A DNA stretch of 64,000 bases from a virus (taxonomy: Duplodnaviria > Caudoviricetes), in IMG/VR virus record IMGVR_UViG_3300037047_000246, one strand, 5' to 3'. The notes below the pieces were generated by a model. It was not told the DNA's origin. It did no database searches and saw nothing but the letters and a program-made list of their open reading frames with translations. Every line of letters starts with the position of its first letter. The stretch's first letter is position 1. This document shows, piece by piece, positions 27,436-36,775 of the stretch. A program made the position numbers and the translations under genes.

Positions 27436-28563
27436 ATGTCCATCAATCTCATCCGAGTTATCAACCAGCAGACGACTCATCGTTCAATTCTGTTGGACAA
27501 ATTGGACGACGGCCAAGCGAACACCGAAGGGTACGCGCACAAGAATGTGAAGCAGAAGGTGTACGTGCCTTTTGCCAATCCGCTCAATCCGGCCGTGCGC
27601 GGCTACACTGACCTCGTGCTGACCGACCGCGTTCTTCTGTCGTCTGACGTCGGCGGCACGATCAGCGGCCTCGTGGCTGCCGGGCGCGTCCTCGCCTTCG
27701 CTTTCAGCTCCGCTCTGAAGGCGACGCCCACGATTTCTTCGGTGGCCCACGTCGCTGGCGAAACAACCATCACGGGCACGACGTACCTGTCGGTTGTGCC
27801 GGACATCACCTACGTGGTGTTCAGGACTCCGGGCGGAGTGACGCAGAAGGTGCCGTCTGCGGCGTTCGCGTTCTTCAACGCCACACAGATCAGGGTGCAA
27901 GACGCGGCTGTCACCATCGGCGTCCCGACCGAAGGCTGGACTGTGACTGTGGAAGCGAACTGCGCGCTCAGCAACGTGCACCCGATCGGCAATGTGGCGA
28001 CGATCACCACGGCGATCCTTGAAGTCAACGGAGACGTCACGATTTCCGGCGCGAACTTCACCTCCACTCCGCCGCTCACTTCGTCTGTCGAAGTCATCGG
28101 ACTCGGCCCCGTGCCTCCTCTGACTCAGGCGGCAATTCTGGCTGGCGGCGGCGTCTTCACCGACGTGTCCATCGTCATCCCGGCTGCCATGATTGCCGGC
28201 GCCGCGGAAACCACCACCATGGTGCAGATTGTGGCAGAAGGCTTCACCTCTGTGGCCACCGCCTTGATCATGACTCCTGTGCTGACTTCGGCGCAGAAGG
28301 ACGTGCCTATGGCCGGAGACTTGACCATCACCGGATCGAGCTTCCTGTCGACTGCGCCCGAGGTGTCCAGCGTGGTCATCACTGGCACTGGAGCGATCAC
28401 GCTCACGTCCGCGGAAATCATTGGCGGCGGCGGCACGTTCCTCGACGCTTCGATCGTCATCCCGGCCGCTCTGTTCACCAACGGTCCAATCGCTGCGGCC
28501 ACTTCGTCGGCCCAAGTCTTGGCAGACGGCCTGTCGTCGGCAGTGGTTGCCGTCATCCCGTAG
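27436..28563 (+). CDS. Structural protein with three Ig-like (IPT/TIG-type) repeats
   Basis: AGGAG SD; repeated TI(T/S)G(T/A/S)xF/Y...GGGxFxDxSIVIPAA units. Confidence 0.65.
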   Translation: MSINLIRVINQQTTHRSILLDKLDDGQANTEGYAHKNVKQKVYVPFANPLNPAVRGYTDLVLTDRVLLSSDVGGTISGLVAAGRVLAFAFSSALKATPTISSVAHVAGETTITGTTYLSVVPDITYVVFRTPGGVTQKVPSAAFAFFNATQIRVQDAAVTIGVPTEGWTVTVEANCALSNVHPIGNVATITTAILEVNGDVTISGANFTSTPPLTSSVEVIGLGPVPPLTQAAILAGGGVFTDVSIVIPAAMIAGAAETTTMVQIVAEGFTSVATALIMTPVLTSAQKDVPMAGDLTITGSSFLSTAPEVSSVVITGTGAITLTSAEIIGGGGTFLDASIVIPAALFTNGPIAAATSSAQVLADGLSSAVVAVIP

Positions 28564-28942
28564 CGCACTCTTCGCACAGCGCCAAGCATCCCGCCGGAAA
28601 CCCATCTCGCCTGAGCTGGGCGCACCGGCGCGCTCCCAGCTTGCGGCCTGACTCGTCGGCCGGGACTGCGGCCGGGCGAACGCCGCACAGACAGCATATT
28701 TTTCCAGCGCAGTATGCAGCGGCCGCTTCGCTCGCAGCGCGCCGCCTGTACGCGGCCTGGCGCCCTGCCGACGACGCTTTCTGCCGCTGCATGATCCGAG
28801 CGGAGTTGCGCTCGTAGTACTGCCTCTTGCACACAGCGCACCGGTACTGCATAAGCTTCATCCCGGCGCAGTCTGCAGTTTCAATTTCGTAGAAAATTTG
28901 CATTCCGTGCCAGCGACAGCTTCTGACTACGATGTTTTTCAC
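28553..28942 (-). CDS. Hypothetical zinc-finger protein
   Basis: CAVCK, CCLCG and CEEC motifs; start uncertain. Confidence 0.4.
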   Translation of the reverse strand: MKNIVVRSCRWHGMQIFYEIETADCAGMKLMQYRCAVCKRQYYERNSARIMQRQKASSAGRQAAYRRRAASEAAAAYCAGKICCLCGVRPAAVPADESGRKLGARRCAQLRRDGFPAGCLALCEECATG

Positions 28943-29041
28943 GCATGCACCTCCCCATTAACGCGTTATTTTCCTTGATTGAGTCTGTTATGCATATTTA
29001 CATATGAACCACTGAATACTCATCGATAAGGCAGGTACACA

Positions 29042-29851
29042 ATGCGCGTTGGAATCGTTCGCTCGGACATCAGCAAGATTTTTCTAAACGACGTGGAGAG
29101 CCGATCCCAGCGCTGCTTCTCGATGGAGCCGCCCGGCCAGACCAGGTACCTGCACAAGCCCAGCTCGGTGGAGCTCCTTGCGGTGCTCAATCAGCATGCG
29201 TGCTTGACTTTTCAGGGCGCGGACCAGAACGCGGCAGTCGCAACCAACGGCCTGGACGGCGACAAGCTCAACATCCGCACCAGCCCGACTGCCAACTTCG
29301 TTCAGGTGACTGTGACGGCCGGCGCAGCAGTGACCAAGGTCCAGATTGCGGCTGAGCTCAACGCGGCTTTCCGCGCGGCCGGGCTTCCGCTCGTCGCTCG
29401 CATTTCGGGCTTGAACCAGCTGACGATCGACACCACGACCAAGGGTCCCGGCGCGTACGTCGAAATCAGCGCAGTGCTGCCTGCTGCTGGCGCTTTGCAC
29501 GTCGTGCTCGGTCTGGCCGCGGCGTCTGCCACCGGCCTGTCCGTTGCGGCCTTGCAGGCAGTGACTTACCCGACTCCCGTCACTGTGGACGTGTCGATTC
29601 TTTCGCTCACTGCGCTTAGCACTTTCGCGCTCATGGCGCTTCCGGCCCAGCTTGCTATGTACGAAGCCATTGCTGACGTCGTTGCGCCCAGGTTTGTGGA
29701 AACCGGCATGGCGCTGCTGTCGTTCGCATACGGCAACCTGTCCAAGATGCGCTCTGCCTCGTTCCAGCCTGGCGGCGCCCACGGCGGACTGCCAGCCGGT
29801 ATCTGCGCAGCCATTGTGGACGACGACGGCGTCACTCCTATGGTTGTTTAG
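29042..29851 (+). CDS. Hypothetical structural protein
   Basis: Ala/Val/Thr-rich, biased codons; contains the QLTIDT strand pattern seen in sheath-like domains. Confidence 0.65.
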   Translation: MRVGIVRSDISKIFLNDVESRSQRCFSMEPPGQTRYLHKPSSVELLAVLNQHACLTFQGADQNAAVATNGLDGDKLNIRTSPTANFVQVTVTAGAAVTKVQIAAELNAAFRAAGLPLVARISGLNQLTIDTTTKGPGAYVEISAVLPAAGALHVVLGLAAASATGLSVAALQAVTYPTPVTVDVSILSLTALSTFALMALPAQLAMYEAIADVVAPRFVETGMALLSFAYGNLSKMRSASFQPGGAHGGLPAGICAAIVDDDGVTPMVV

Positions 29852-29958
29852 TTCCGCGAAGATTGTTACTGGTAGAGTTCGTTCATGAGCTCTGCTAAAA
29901 CTATCCGCTTCATCATCTGACATAAGCTCGTGCTGAGCTTCCAATGTAATTTCCTTGC

Positions 29959-30619
29959 ATGATCATCGAAATACGCGCAGCAGAAGGTGGACAGGACGCC
30001 AAACTTCTCGTGCTGGAACAGCTGAGCGTGTACGCAAAGCGCGCCGCTCGCCACTGTCTTTGACCTCGAAATCTTGGACCAGCGCCCAGGGTCGGTGACC
30101 CTGCGGTCCACAAGCCCCAAAGCAGAAGAGTTTTTCCGGAACGAATCAGGAGGTATGCGCTGGCAGCGGGTGCCGCCCACCGAGAAGCGCGGGCGTGTGC
30201 AGACCAGCACAGTTACTGTGGCAGTCTTGCCGGAGCCCGATTTCGAGCAGATGCGCATCAGAGACAGCGACCTGTCTTTTCGCACCTGCAGAGGGTCCGG
30301 GCCTGGCGGACAGAATCGCAACAAGCTCGAGACTGCTGTGCAGGTCACGCATGTGCCGACTGGGCTCTGCGTCCGGTGCGAGACTGAGCGGTCGCAGCTG
30401 CAAAACAAGCAGGGAGCGTTGGCGCTGCTCCGAGCTCGGTTGTGGCAAATTCAGCTGCAGGGGCGCATCGACGCGCGTGCTGCTGACCGGAGGCAGCAGA
30501 TAGGTTCCGGAGAGCGCGGAGACAAGCGCCGGACCATAGCTTTGCAGCGAGACCAAGTTGTCGATCACGTGACTGGCCAGACCTGGAAAGCGAAAGCGTA
30601 TTTGCGAGGTGAGTGGTAA
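29959..30619 (+). CDS. Class I release-factor homolog lacking domain 1, RF1-type (PxT), expressed through a +1 frameshift at 30058-30064
   Basis: Frame 0: MIIEIRAAEGGQDA...AARHCL-TGA. +1 frame continues DLEILD...ESGGMRWQRVPPTEKRGRVQTSTVTVAVLPE...GSGPGGQNRNK...QQIGSGERGDKRRT. The joined product (~219 aa) is colinear with RF1 domains 2-4. Confidence 0.85.
30058..30064 (+). promoter_or_regulatory. prfB-type +1 programmed ribosomal frameshift site CTT TGA C
   Basis: In-frame CTT then TGA then C, the heptamer known from bacterial RF2 genes; no upstream internal SD seen. Confidence 0.7.
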
Positions 30620-30668
30620 TGCCTTTATGGGACCATTCCAGCATGAGCTGGGGGTGTGGAATCCTCGG

Positions 30669-32414
30669 CTAAGGGTTCCACACCCAGCGCTTCTTTCCCA
30701 AATCCCAGATTTTGCTGTAGCCCTGGCTTTCGCGCAGTTCAGTTTCGGTGTGCGTGCTTTCGCGTTCTTGTCCGCGTTTGCGCAACCCCGATTTGTTGTA
30801 CCTTTTGCCAGCTTTTGTCCAGTAATAGCTTTGCGGCACGCAACCGTCGTTTTTGAACCCTAGCCGGTCGTACACTCGTCCGGTAAACAGCCTGTTGTCA
30901 GAGAACGAGACTATGGACGCCGGACGAGCGTCCGCCACAAACCGGCGCAGCAGTCTCGACCACACTCCATGGACTTTGTAGTCAGGGTCCGATGCCATTC
31001 GAATGAGTTCCCACGGGTGAGCTGACTGCCTAGTCGGTTTTGCAAACGAGCAGCAAGCAACCATTTTCCCGTTTGCAAAGGCTCCGTAGCTGGCGGCAGA
31101 CCTACATCGGCCAAGATAGTGGAAAGACTCGTAGAACGCATTGGCGCTGGAGTTGGGTACTCGCTCTATCTTTGCTTCGGAAGCTCTCCACGCGTGCGCC
31201 GGACGGCTCTTCATCAGCCTATTTCGGACGATTTGCTTGATTTGCTGCTGGCGCAGCAGCCATTCGTCTTCGTACACTGCCATTACGCCGAGCCCGCGTT
31301 GCACGGCGTTCTGGTACTTGGTCCAATCGCGCTGTTTGGATCCAGGAAGGGAATGCCACTTCGTGCCCTGGAACTCCAGCACGATTGCATGCGTCTCGAC
31401 GAACATGTCGTACGACAGCTTTCCTATTTTATGCTCCAGACGCACGTCCAATCCCAAGCTTCGCACGAATTCGGCCAGTTCTAGTTGGCCGCTGGACGTG
31501 CGATTGGTGCTACATCCGCATGTCAGCGCTGCACCTGCTCTTATGTGGTCCCAGCGAGGCGCATACTCTTTGCCGCACGCGCCGCATAAAGCCAAAACAG
31601 GACTGGACGTTCGCGTAACTTTGTCCAGGATGGCGAAAGGGCCCGCCGGCAAGTCGCTTGGGCTGATCGGGGGCTTCATGGCCCGAAGTTGTTCCCTGTG
31701 TTTGGCGAACCAGCTGTCCACGCCGCTTCGGCATTTGCCGCAACACACTGTGCGACCTCGCGTCACATTTTGCACGACAGCCTGAAAGACGCCTCCGCAA
31801 TCGCACTGCCACTCCAGTTTTTTGTTCGATCGCAACGCCAGCTCCGTTGCAAAACGCAGTCGCAATCGTCCAAACTTTGTGTTTGCCCAAAACTCGGCAG
31901 GCATCGTGTTGCATTTGCCGCACGAAGTGCGGTGGCCTCGCGTCACCTCAACCATGGTCGCCTGCGTGTCTTTGCCGCAGTCGCACACCCACCAAACGCG
32001 TTTGCTGGACGCCCGAAGCACGCTCTCCGGGAATTTCATTCGGAGCTTGCCGAATTTGGACTGCTCCATGGTGCTGGAGTCCACTTCGTTGCATCTGCCG
32101 CAAGACTTGGCGCGTCCGTTGGCTACCCGAACGATGGGAAGCATGGCGGTTTTGCCGCAGTCGCACAGCCATTCGACCACCTTGTTGGATCCATTCTTGT
32201 GGTCCTGAGGGTGCGCCATGGATAGGTGGCCGTATCGGGTAGTCTCCCAATGCGACTGCGGCAGCAGGTTGCACTGGCCGCACGACTTGATTTTTCCATT
32301 GAACACGCTTGACCACGGACGTAGTACGCCTTTGCGTCCGCAAGAGCAGTCGTACCTGGTGAGCTGCCCTGACCATCTGGTCTTTACGGTTTCGCCTGCA
32401 GACAGCGTTAGCAT
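30669..32414 (-). CDS. Four tandem Zn modules + PD-(D/E)XK nuclease + GNAT/Mom-like domain
   Basis: Repeats (Y/F)GxLxM...WxCDCG...SCGxC; YDMFVETHAIVLEFQGTKWH; FHYLG...WELIRMAS...SFSDNRLFTGRVYDRLGF. Confidence 0.75.
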   Translation of the reverse strand: MLTLSAGETVKTRWSGQLTRYDCSCGRKGVLRPWSSVFNGKIKSCGQCNLLPQSHWETTRYGHLSMAHPQDHKNGSNKVVEWLCDCGKTAMLPIVRVANGRAKSCGRCNEVDSSTMEQSKFGKLRMKFPESVLRASSKRVWWVCDCGKDTQATMVEVTRGHRTSCGKCNTMPAEFWANTKFGRLRLRFATELALRSNKKLEWQCDCGGVFQAVVQNVTRGRTVCCGKCRSGVDSWFAKHREQLRAMKPPISPSDLPAGPFAILDKVTRTSSPVLALCGACGKEYAPRWDHIRAGAALTCGCSTNRTSSGQLELAEFVRSLGLDVRLEHKIGKLSYDMFVETHAIVLEFQGTKWHSLPGSKQRDWTKYQNAVQRGLGVMAVYEDEWLLRQQQIKQIVRNRLMKSRPAHAWRASEAKIERVPNSSANAFYESFHYLGRCRSAASYGAFANGKMVACCSFAKPTRQSAHPWELIRMASDPDYKVHGVWSRLLRRFVADARPASIVSFSDNRLFTGRVYDRLGFKNDGCVPQSYYWTKAGKRYNKSGLRKRGQERESTHTETELRESQGYSKIWDLGKKRWVWNP

Positions 32415-32486
32415 GCTCGATCTTTGGTAGTGTTTTCTTGCAGCCACGTCCGGGAAACAAAGAGCTGAGGCATACGCGGAAAATAC

Positions 32487-32729
32487 ATGAACACTAATAC
32501 AGAAAACGAGTTTGAGACGCACGACATTTACCTGGCTGCCTTTCTGGCTGTGTCGTCATGCACCCTGCTGCGCCGGCGCAAGCAAGCCAACCGCGTCTAC
32601 TTCATCTTCACCAACCCTGCCGGTCCAGTCCAAGACCTCCGGGAAGCCTTCTTTTCGGGGCAAGCTAAAGTGTCCGCTCATGAGTACGCACAGCGCATCG
32701 TGGCGTTTAAGCAGTTGTGTTACGAGTGA
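32487..32729 (+). CDS. DUF5659-like small protein
   Basis: FETHDIYLAAFL...RVYFIF pattern. Confidence 0.55.
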   Translation: MNTNTENEFETHDIYLAAFLAVSSCTLLRRRKQANRVYFIFTNPAGPVQDLREAFFSGQAKVSAHEYAQRIVAFKQLCYE

Positions 32730-32795
32730 TCGAAGGCAAGACGCTTGCGCGAGTCAGAGGCGTAGTTGCGTCCCCTCTGAGCGCCAGGCGCTCGG

Positions 32796-33038
32796 CTACG
32801 GTTCCACGGCTTGTTGGACGACTAGCTCGTCGAAGCTCATTTCCCGCACTTTCACGCTTTTGACGTTCTTGTCCTTTGCATGGGAAAGAACGTGCTGCAT
32901 GAGTTTATCAACAGCCTCGTCCTCGCTCAGGCCGTCAGCTCGCAGCTGCGGATTGCTGGCGGCGTAGGCCAAGAAGGGTTTGTGGAAGGCCACAGGGTAA
33001 ATCGGGTCCTGCTCGGTTTCCACCACGATGATTTCCAT
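32796..33038 (-). CDS. Small hypothetical protein
   Basis: GGA SD; ends FDELVVQQAVEP. Confidence 0.6.
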   Translation of the reverse strand: MEIIVVETEQDPIYPVAFHKPFLAYAASNPQLRADGLSEDEAVDKLMQHVLSHAKDKNVKSVKVREMSFDELVVQQAVEP

Positions 33039-33073
33039 GAGAGAGTTTACACTTTCGATTGGCCGTCTGGAGC

Positions 33074-33439
33074 ATGGCAAGGGTAATCGTAGCCGGTCGG
33101 TGCTCGTTCTTTCAGCCAGACTTCTTTGAAGCCGGCCAGCGCAAAACAGGAGTCACCTGGGCTGAACTGACTTTGCGAGCTTTTTCCAACGGCGCTCTGC
33201 TCGCTTGGCCCCTTGCAAACGGCGCCGGCGTGCCGGACTCTTCCGTGTCTTCAGGCGCTGTGTACTTCGACGAGGTGGTCGGATGCGCCGGATTTTACCG
33301 CCTCAGGTTCTTTCCGGACAGGGTTGGATACTGGCGCCTGGTTCTGCAGCACCCGACAGCCGGCGAATGCTCGCTGGAGTTTGACTCTGTGCCTGCTCAA
33401 CCGTCTTCATCCGGGCTGACGGCCCAGTTTGGACCATGA
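33074..33439 (+). CDS. Hypothetical beta-rich structural protein
   Basis: GGAG SD; EV..GFYRLRFFP..GYWRL beta-sandwich pattern. Confidence 0.6.
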   Translation: MARVIVAGRCSFFQPDFFEAGQRKTGVTWAELTLRAFSNGALLAWPLANGAGVPDSSVSSGAVYFDEVVGCAGFYRLRFFPDRVGYWRLVLQHPTAGECSLEFDSVPAQPSSSGLTAQFGP

Positions 33440-34656
33440 CTGCTTTTTTGCGACGCACTGTCCCCTCAGAGCTGCTGCTGACGCTCCGAAATGACCTCGG
33501 CCAAGCGCAGGACGCGGACGAAGTCGTATGGACTGTGCTTTCGTCCAGCGATGGCCATCCGGCGTCAGGCGTCCGAATGCGGGCCGTCCGCACCGGAGTG
33601 GGGTCTTATGCGGCAACTTGGTATGCAGACTGCCCAACAGGCCCTTACGAAATCGCTTGGGAGTACAAGCAAGACCCGGGCGACGCATGGTCCAAGGCTA
33701 CAGATCATTTTTTCGTGATAGATCCGGACCAGATCGCTCGTGCGGGTCGCGTCGTCGGCCTTCCCGCTCCGGGCACGCTGGCGTTCGAGTCGGGTTCGCT
33801 TGTCGAAGGGCAAGACGGCCTTGTTTTGCGCTTGTTGCAAGACGGTGTGCCTGTGGACGCGTTCGACGTGTCCTGGACCATCCTTGACTCGGCTGGACGC
33901 CAGGTCACCGCCAAAACCGCGGCCGCCAGGGCAGCCGTCGGCGTCTACTGCGTCGTTTGGCATGCGGCCGGAGCCACGAGCTACATGGTGTTGTGGGAAT
34001 TCAGGCAGTCTGCAAACTCCCCGCTGCAATCGACCAAACAGGACTTTTGCGTCGTCAGCCGGTCGTTGCCGTACGCAGTGGTGGTGAAGCAGTATTACCC
34101 GACGTTCGCCAGAAGCTCTGGACCTAGCAGAGCCTTCGCACATGTGGCCTGCCCCGCCAGCTGCTCTACGCACACGTCCTCGTGCGGCTCGTGGACGTCG
34201 TTTGGCCCGTGCGTCTCTTGGCAGCCTAGCTGCGCCGTTTCCAGCGACTGCGTGTGCAGGTGCGACGCCGCGCAACCAGTTGCGAGGTCTGTACACCTGC
34301 CCCGCACTGTGCTGCCCAGCGGCGGAGAGTATACGGACCAGGCAAAGTTTATCATTCCCGCTGGCATCAGTCGAGTCGTCTTTTGGGTAGAATATGAGCG
34401 GGGGTCTGAAGATGGGCAAGCCATAGTCAGGCTCATGTGGAGCAACGGCGTAGACGAGGTTCACGACACCAGATGTCAAGACGGGACTTTGCTTGCAGAA
34501 GACATGCTTGTGCCGTTTCCTGAATCTGGCGGCGTTGCGTCTTTCTCGGTGTCTGCTGACGTCATAGGTGGTATGACAGGAGTTAGACTGCTGGTTGCTG
34601 AGTGCGGAGATGCTAGCAACCCTGGTATAGCGGAGATTTATGTGACAGCTAGTTAG
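33436..34656 (+). CDS. Structural protein with duplicated Ig-like domains and a Cys-rich linker
   Basis: Two repeats of WT(V/I)L...GxYxxxW...Y...WE(Y/F)xQ. Confidence 0.6.
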   Translation: MTAFLRRTVPSELLLTLRNDLGQAQDADEVVWTVLSSSDGHPASGVRMRAVRTGVGSYAATWYADCPTGPYEIAWEYKQDPGDAWSKATDHFFVIDPDQIARAGRVVGLPAPGTLAFESGSLVEGQDGLVLRLLQDGVPVDAFDVSWTILDSAGRQVTAKTAAARAAVGVYCVVWHAAGATSYMVLWEFRQSANSPLQSTKQDFCVVSRSLPYAVVVKQYYPTFARSSGPSRAFAHVACPASCSTHTSSCGSWTSFGPCVSWQPSCAVSSDCVCRCDAAQPVARSVHLPRTVLPSGGEYTDQAKFIIPAGISRVVFWVEYERGSEDGQAIVRLMWSNGVDEVHDTRCQDGTLLAEDMLVPFPESGGVASFSVSADVIGGMTGVRLLVAECGDASNPGIAEIYVTAS

Positions 34657-34663
34657 GTCGCCA

Positions 34664-35125
34664 ATGTCAACCAGATCAGTTGAAAAGTCAGAGTCCGCAG
34701 TTTACCACGTTTATTTGTCGTGGCCTGAGTTTCGCAAACTGATTGACGGGTCTATTGCTAGCTTGGCTTATGTGCACATCAATCAAGCCAGGAATGGCTT
34801 GAAGGTGTTGACGCAAGAAGCAAGTGGCATACGTTATTGCTGTACGCTCCTAGGCAGTGATCAGGTTGCGCTCGAGGATTGGCGTCAGAATTTCGAAAAC
34901 AACACCGTGGTGGCAGGGGTTCTCAGTCGACTGCTTATGATAAAGTTGTTTGACATGTCTAGCTCTGATGCCAGCTACGTCGGCACGGCACCAAGGGGTT
35001 CCAGCGCAGAGGATCCAGTGTGGATGGTGAACAGAATTAGTTTCGACGAAAGCGGTACTCCGGTCGACAGTTTGTGGGCCGGACCGGCGAAGTGGTCCGA
35101 TAGAACTGCGCTGACCTATAGTTGA
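34664..35125 (+). CDS. Small tail-associated phage protein
   Basis: C-terminal YVGTAPRGS...VWMVNRI...WAG...WSDRTALTY motif typical of tail-accessory ORFs. Confidence 0.5.
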   Translation: MSTRSVEKSESAVYHVYLSWPEFRKLIDGSIASLAYVHINQARNGLKVLTQEASGIRYCCTLLGSDQVALEDWRQNFENNTVVAGVLSRLLMIKLFDMSSSDASYVGTAPRGSSAEDPVWMVNRISFDESGTPVDSLWAGPAKWSDRTALTYS

Positions 35126-35195
35126 AACAGACCTGACTCTGTTGCTGAATTGAATCATTATTTGGTAGGATGTCTCACGAGTTTTTATTGAAGCC

Positions 35196-36764
35196 ATGGC
35201 TGCTCCTGTCTACAGCACCGACCTTCAGGATATCGCGACTGCGGACAACGTGCCCGCAGAGACGTGGAACGAGCCTACAGGGTCTGTGGCCGGCGCCGTG
35301 CCCGCCCCTGGCGACACTGAAAACCTGATCCAGGGCGTAGGTGGCGTCAGCAAGGCGTGCGCTGTTGCAGGCGGCGGACTTTGCGGTATGGGCTTCGCTG
35401 CTGCGGCACCCAAGACCATCGCAAGTCCGAACGCGATCTTCTCGTGGATCTTCTTCGCGTCTCCTGGCGCGCTGCAGACTGAAGCAAACGGCGGGCTCCA
35501 GATCATCGCTGGCAACACGGCAGCGAACTACAAGCGGTTCTACATCCGGGGCAAGGACACGTACGCGTACTCCGGGTGGATTTGTGTGCCGGTGGATCCG
35601 AACACGACTGCGCAGGCTACGTACGGATCTCCCAGCGGGGTCTGGCAGTACTTCGGCGGCGTTGCGTCGACGACCGTGACGATCTCCAAGGGCAGCCCGT
35701 TCGCAATGGACGTGATTCGGTTCGGCCGCACCCTGCAGTGCGTCGGTGGTGATCTCGCCAACGGCTACGCGACCTTCGTGGGAGCTGCCGAGAAGAACGA
35801 CATGAATGTCGTCGGCAACTACAACCGCTGGGGCCTGCTCCAGGACATCGGCGGCAGCTACCTGCAGCAAGGTCTGTTCTTGATGGGAACGGCTACCACA
35901 GCCGTGGACTTCAGGGATGCGAACAGGACAATCAGCATCGCGGACACCAAGCGGGTGACGGCAGCGTTCAACGCTTTCGAGGTTCGCAACGCAAGCAGCC
36001 GCGTCGACTGGGCGAACTGCAACTTCACGGCGCTCGGCACCACGTCTCGTGGCAACCTGATCGTGACTGACAACGCCACGGTGAACCTAACCACATGCGT
36101 GTTCACCGGCATGGGGACGTTCGCGTTCCAGTCGAACAGCACGATCCTGACATCGACGTTCCGCCGCTGCGACATGGTAACGACGGGCGGGGCGACCTTC
36201 ACCGGTTGTACGTTCGACGGCAGCTACGGTGTAGCCGCAGTCAGGACCACCAGCATCAGCGTGGTGACGGGCTGCGAGTTCGTTTCGGCTGGCACCGGCC
36301 ACGCGGTAGAGGCCACCGTTGCTGGGTCGTACAACTCGAACAACACGTACACCGGGTACGCGACGAACAGCGGTACCGCTGAGAACCGCGCGTTCCACAA
36401 TTCGTCTGGCGGGCACATCGACCTGACGATCACGGGTGGGGACACGCCGTCAGTGCGGAACAGCGGCGGCAGCACGACGAACGTGATCGTGCCGGAAGTG
36501 ACGCTGACCGTTAGCAGCCAGGTCAGCTTGGCGGGCGCCGAGATCCGCGTCTACGACATGGACGGCGCTCTGCCCAGTCTGGGGACAGAGCTTGCGGGGG
36601 TGGAGTCGAACGTGGGGGCGAGCTTCAGCTTCTCGACCTCGGCGGGCAACCAGGTCTGGCTGCAGATCATGCTCGACGGGTACAAAGAGTTTGGTCAGCA
36701 GCTTACGATGCCAGCCACGAACGGCAGTTTTATTGCGTTGCTCCGAGTTGAGACGAACGCGTAG
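35196..36764 (+). CDS. Tail fibre/spike-like protein with beta-helix region
   Basis: G/T/A/N-rich, periodic CxF/FTGCTF repeats. Confidence 0.55.
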   Translation: MAAPVYSTDLQDIATADNVPAETWNEPTGSVAGAVPAPGDTENLIQGVGGVSKACAVAGGGLCGMGFAAAAPKTIASPNAIFSWIFFASPGALQTEANGGLQIIAGNTAANYKRFYIRGKDTYAYSGWICVPVDPNTTAQATYGSPSGVWQYFGGVASTTVTISKGSPFAMDVIRFGRTLQCVGGDLANGYATFVGAAEKNDMNVVGNYNRWGLLQDIGGSYLQQGLFLMGTATTAVDFRDANRTISIADTKRVTAAFNAFEVRNASSRVDWANCNFTALGTTSRGNLIVTDNATVNLTTCVFTGMGTFAFQSNSTILTSTFRRCDMVTTGGATFTGCTFDGSYGVAAVRTTSISVVTGCEFVSAGTGHAVEATVAGSYNSNNTYTGYATNSGTAENRAFHNSSGGHIDLTITGGDTPSVRNSGGSTTNVIVPEVTLTVSSQVSLAGAEIRVYDMDGALPSLGTELAGVESNVGASFSFSTSAGNQVWLQIMLDGYKEFGQQLTMPATNGSFIALLRVETNA

Positions 36765-36775
36765 GAGAAGTAGTC

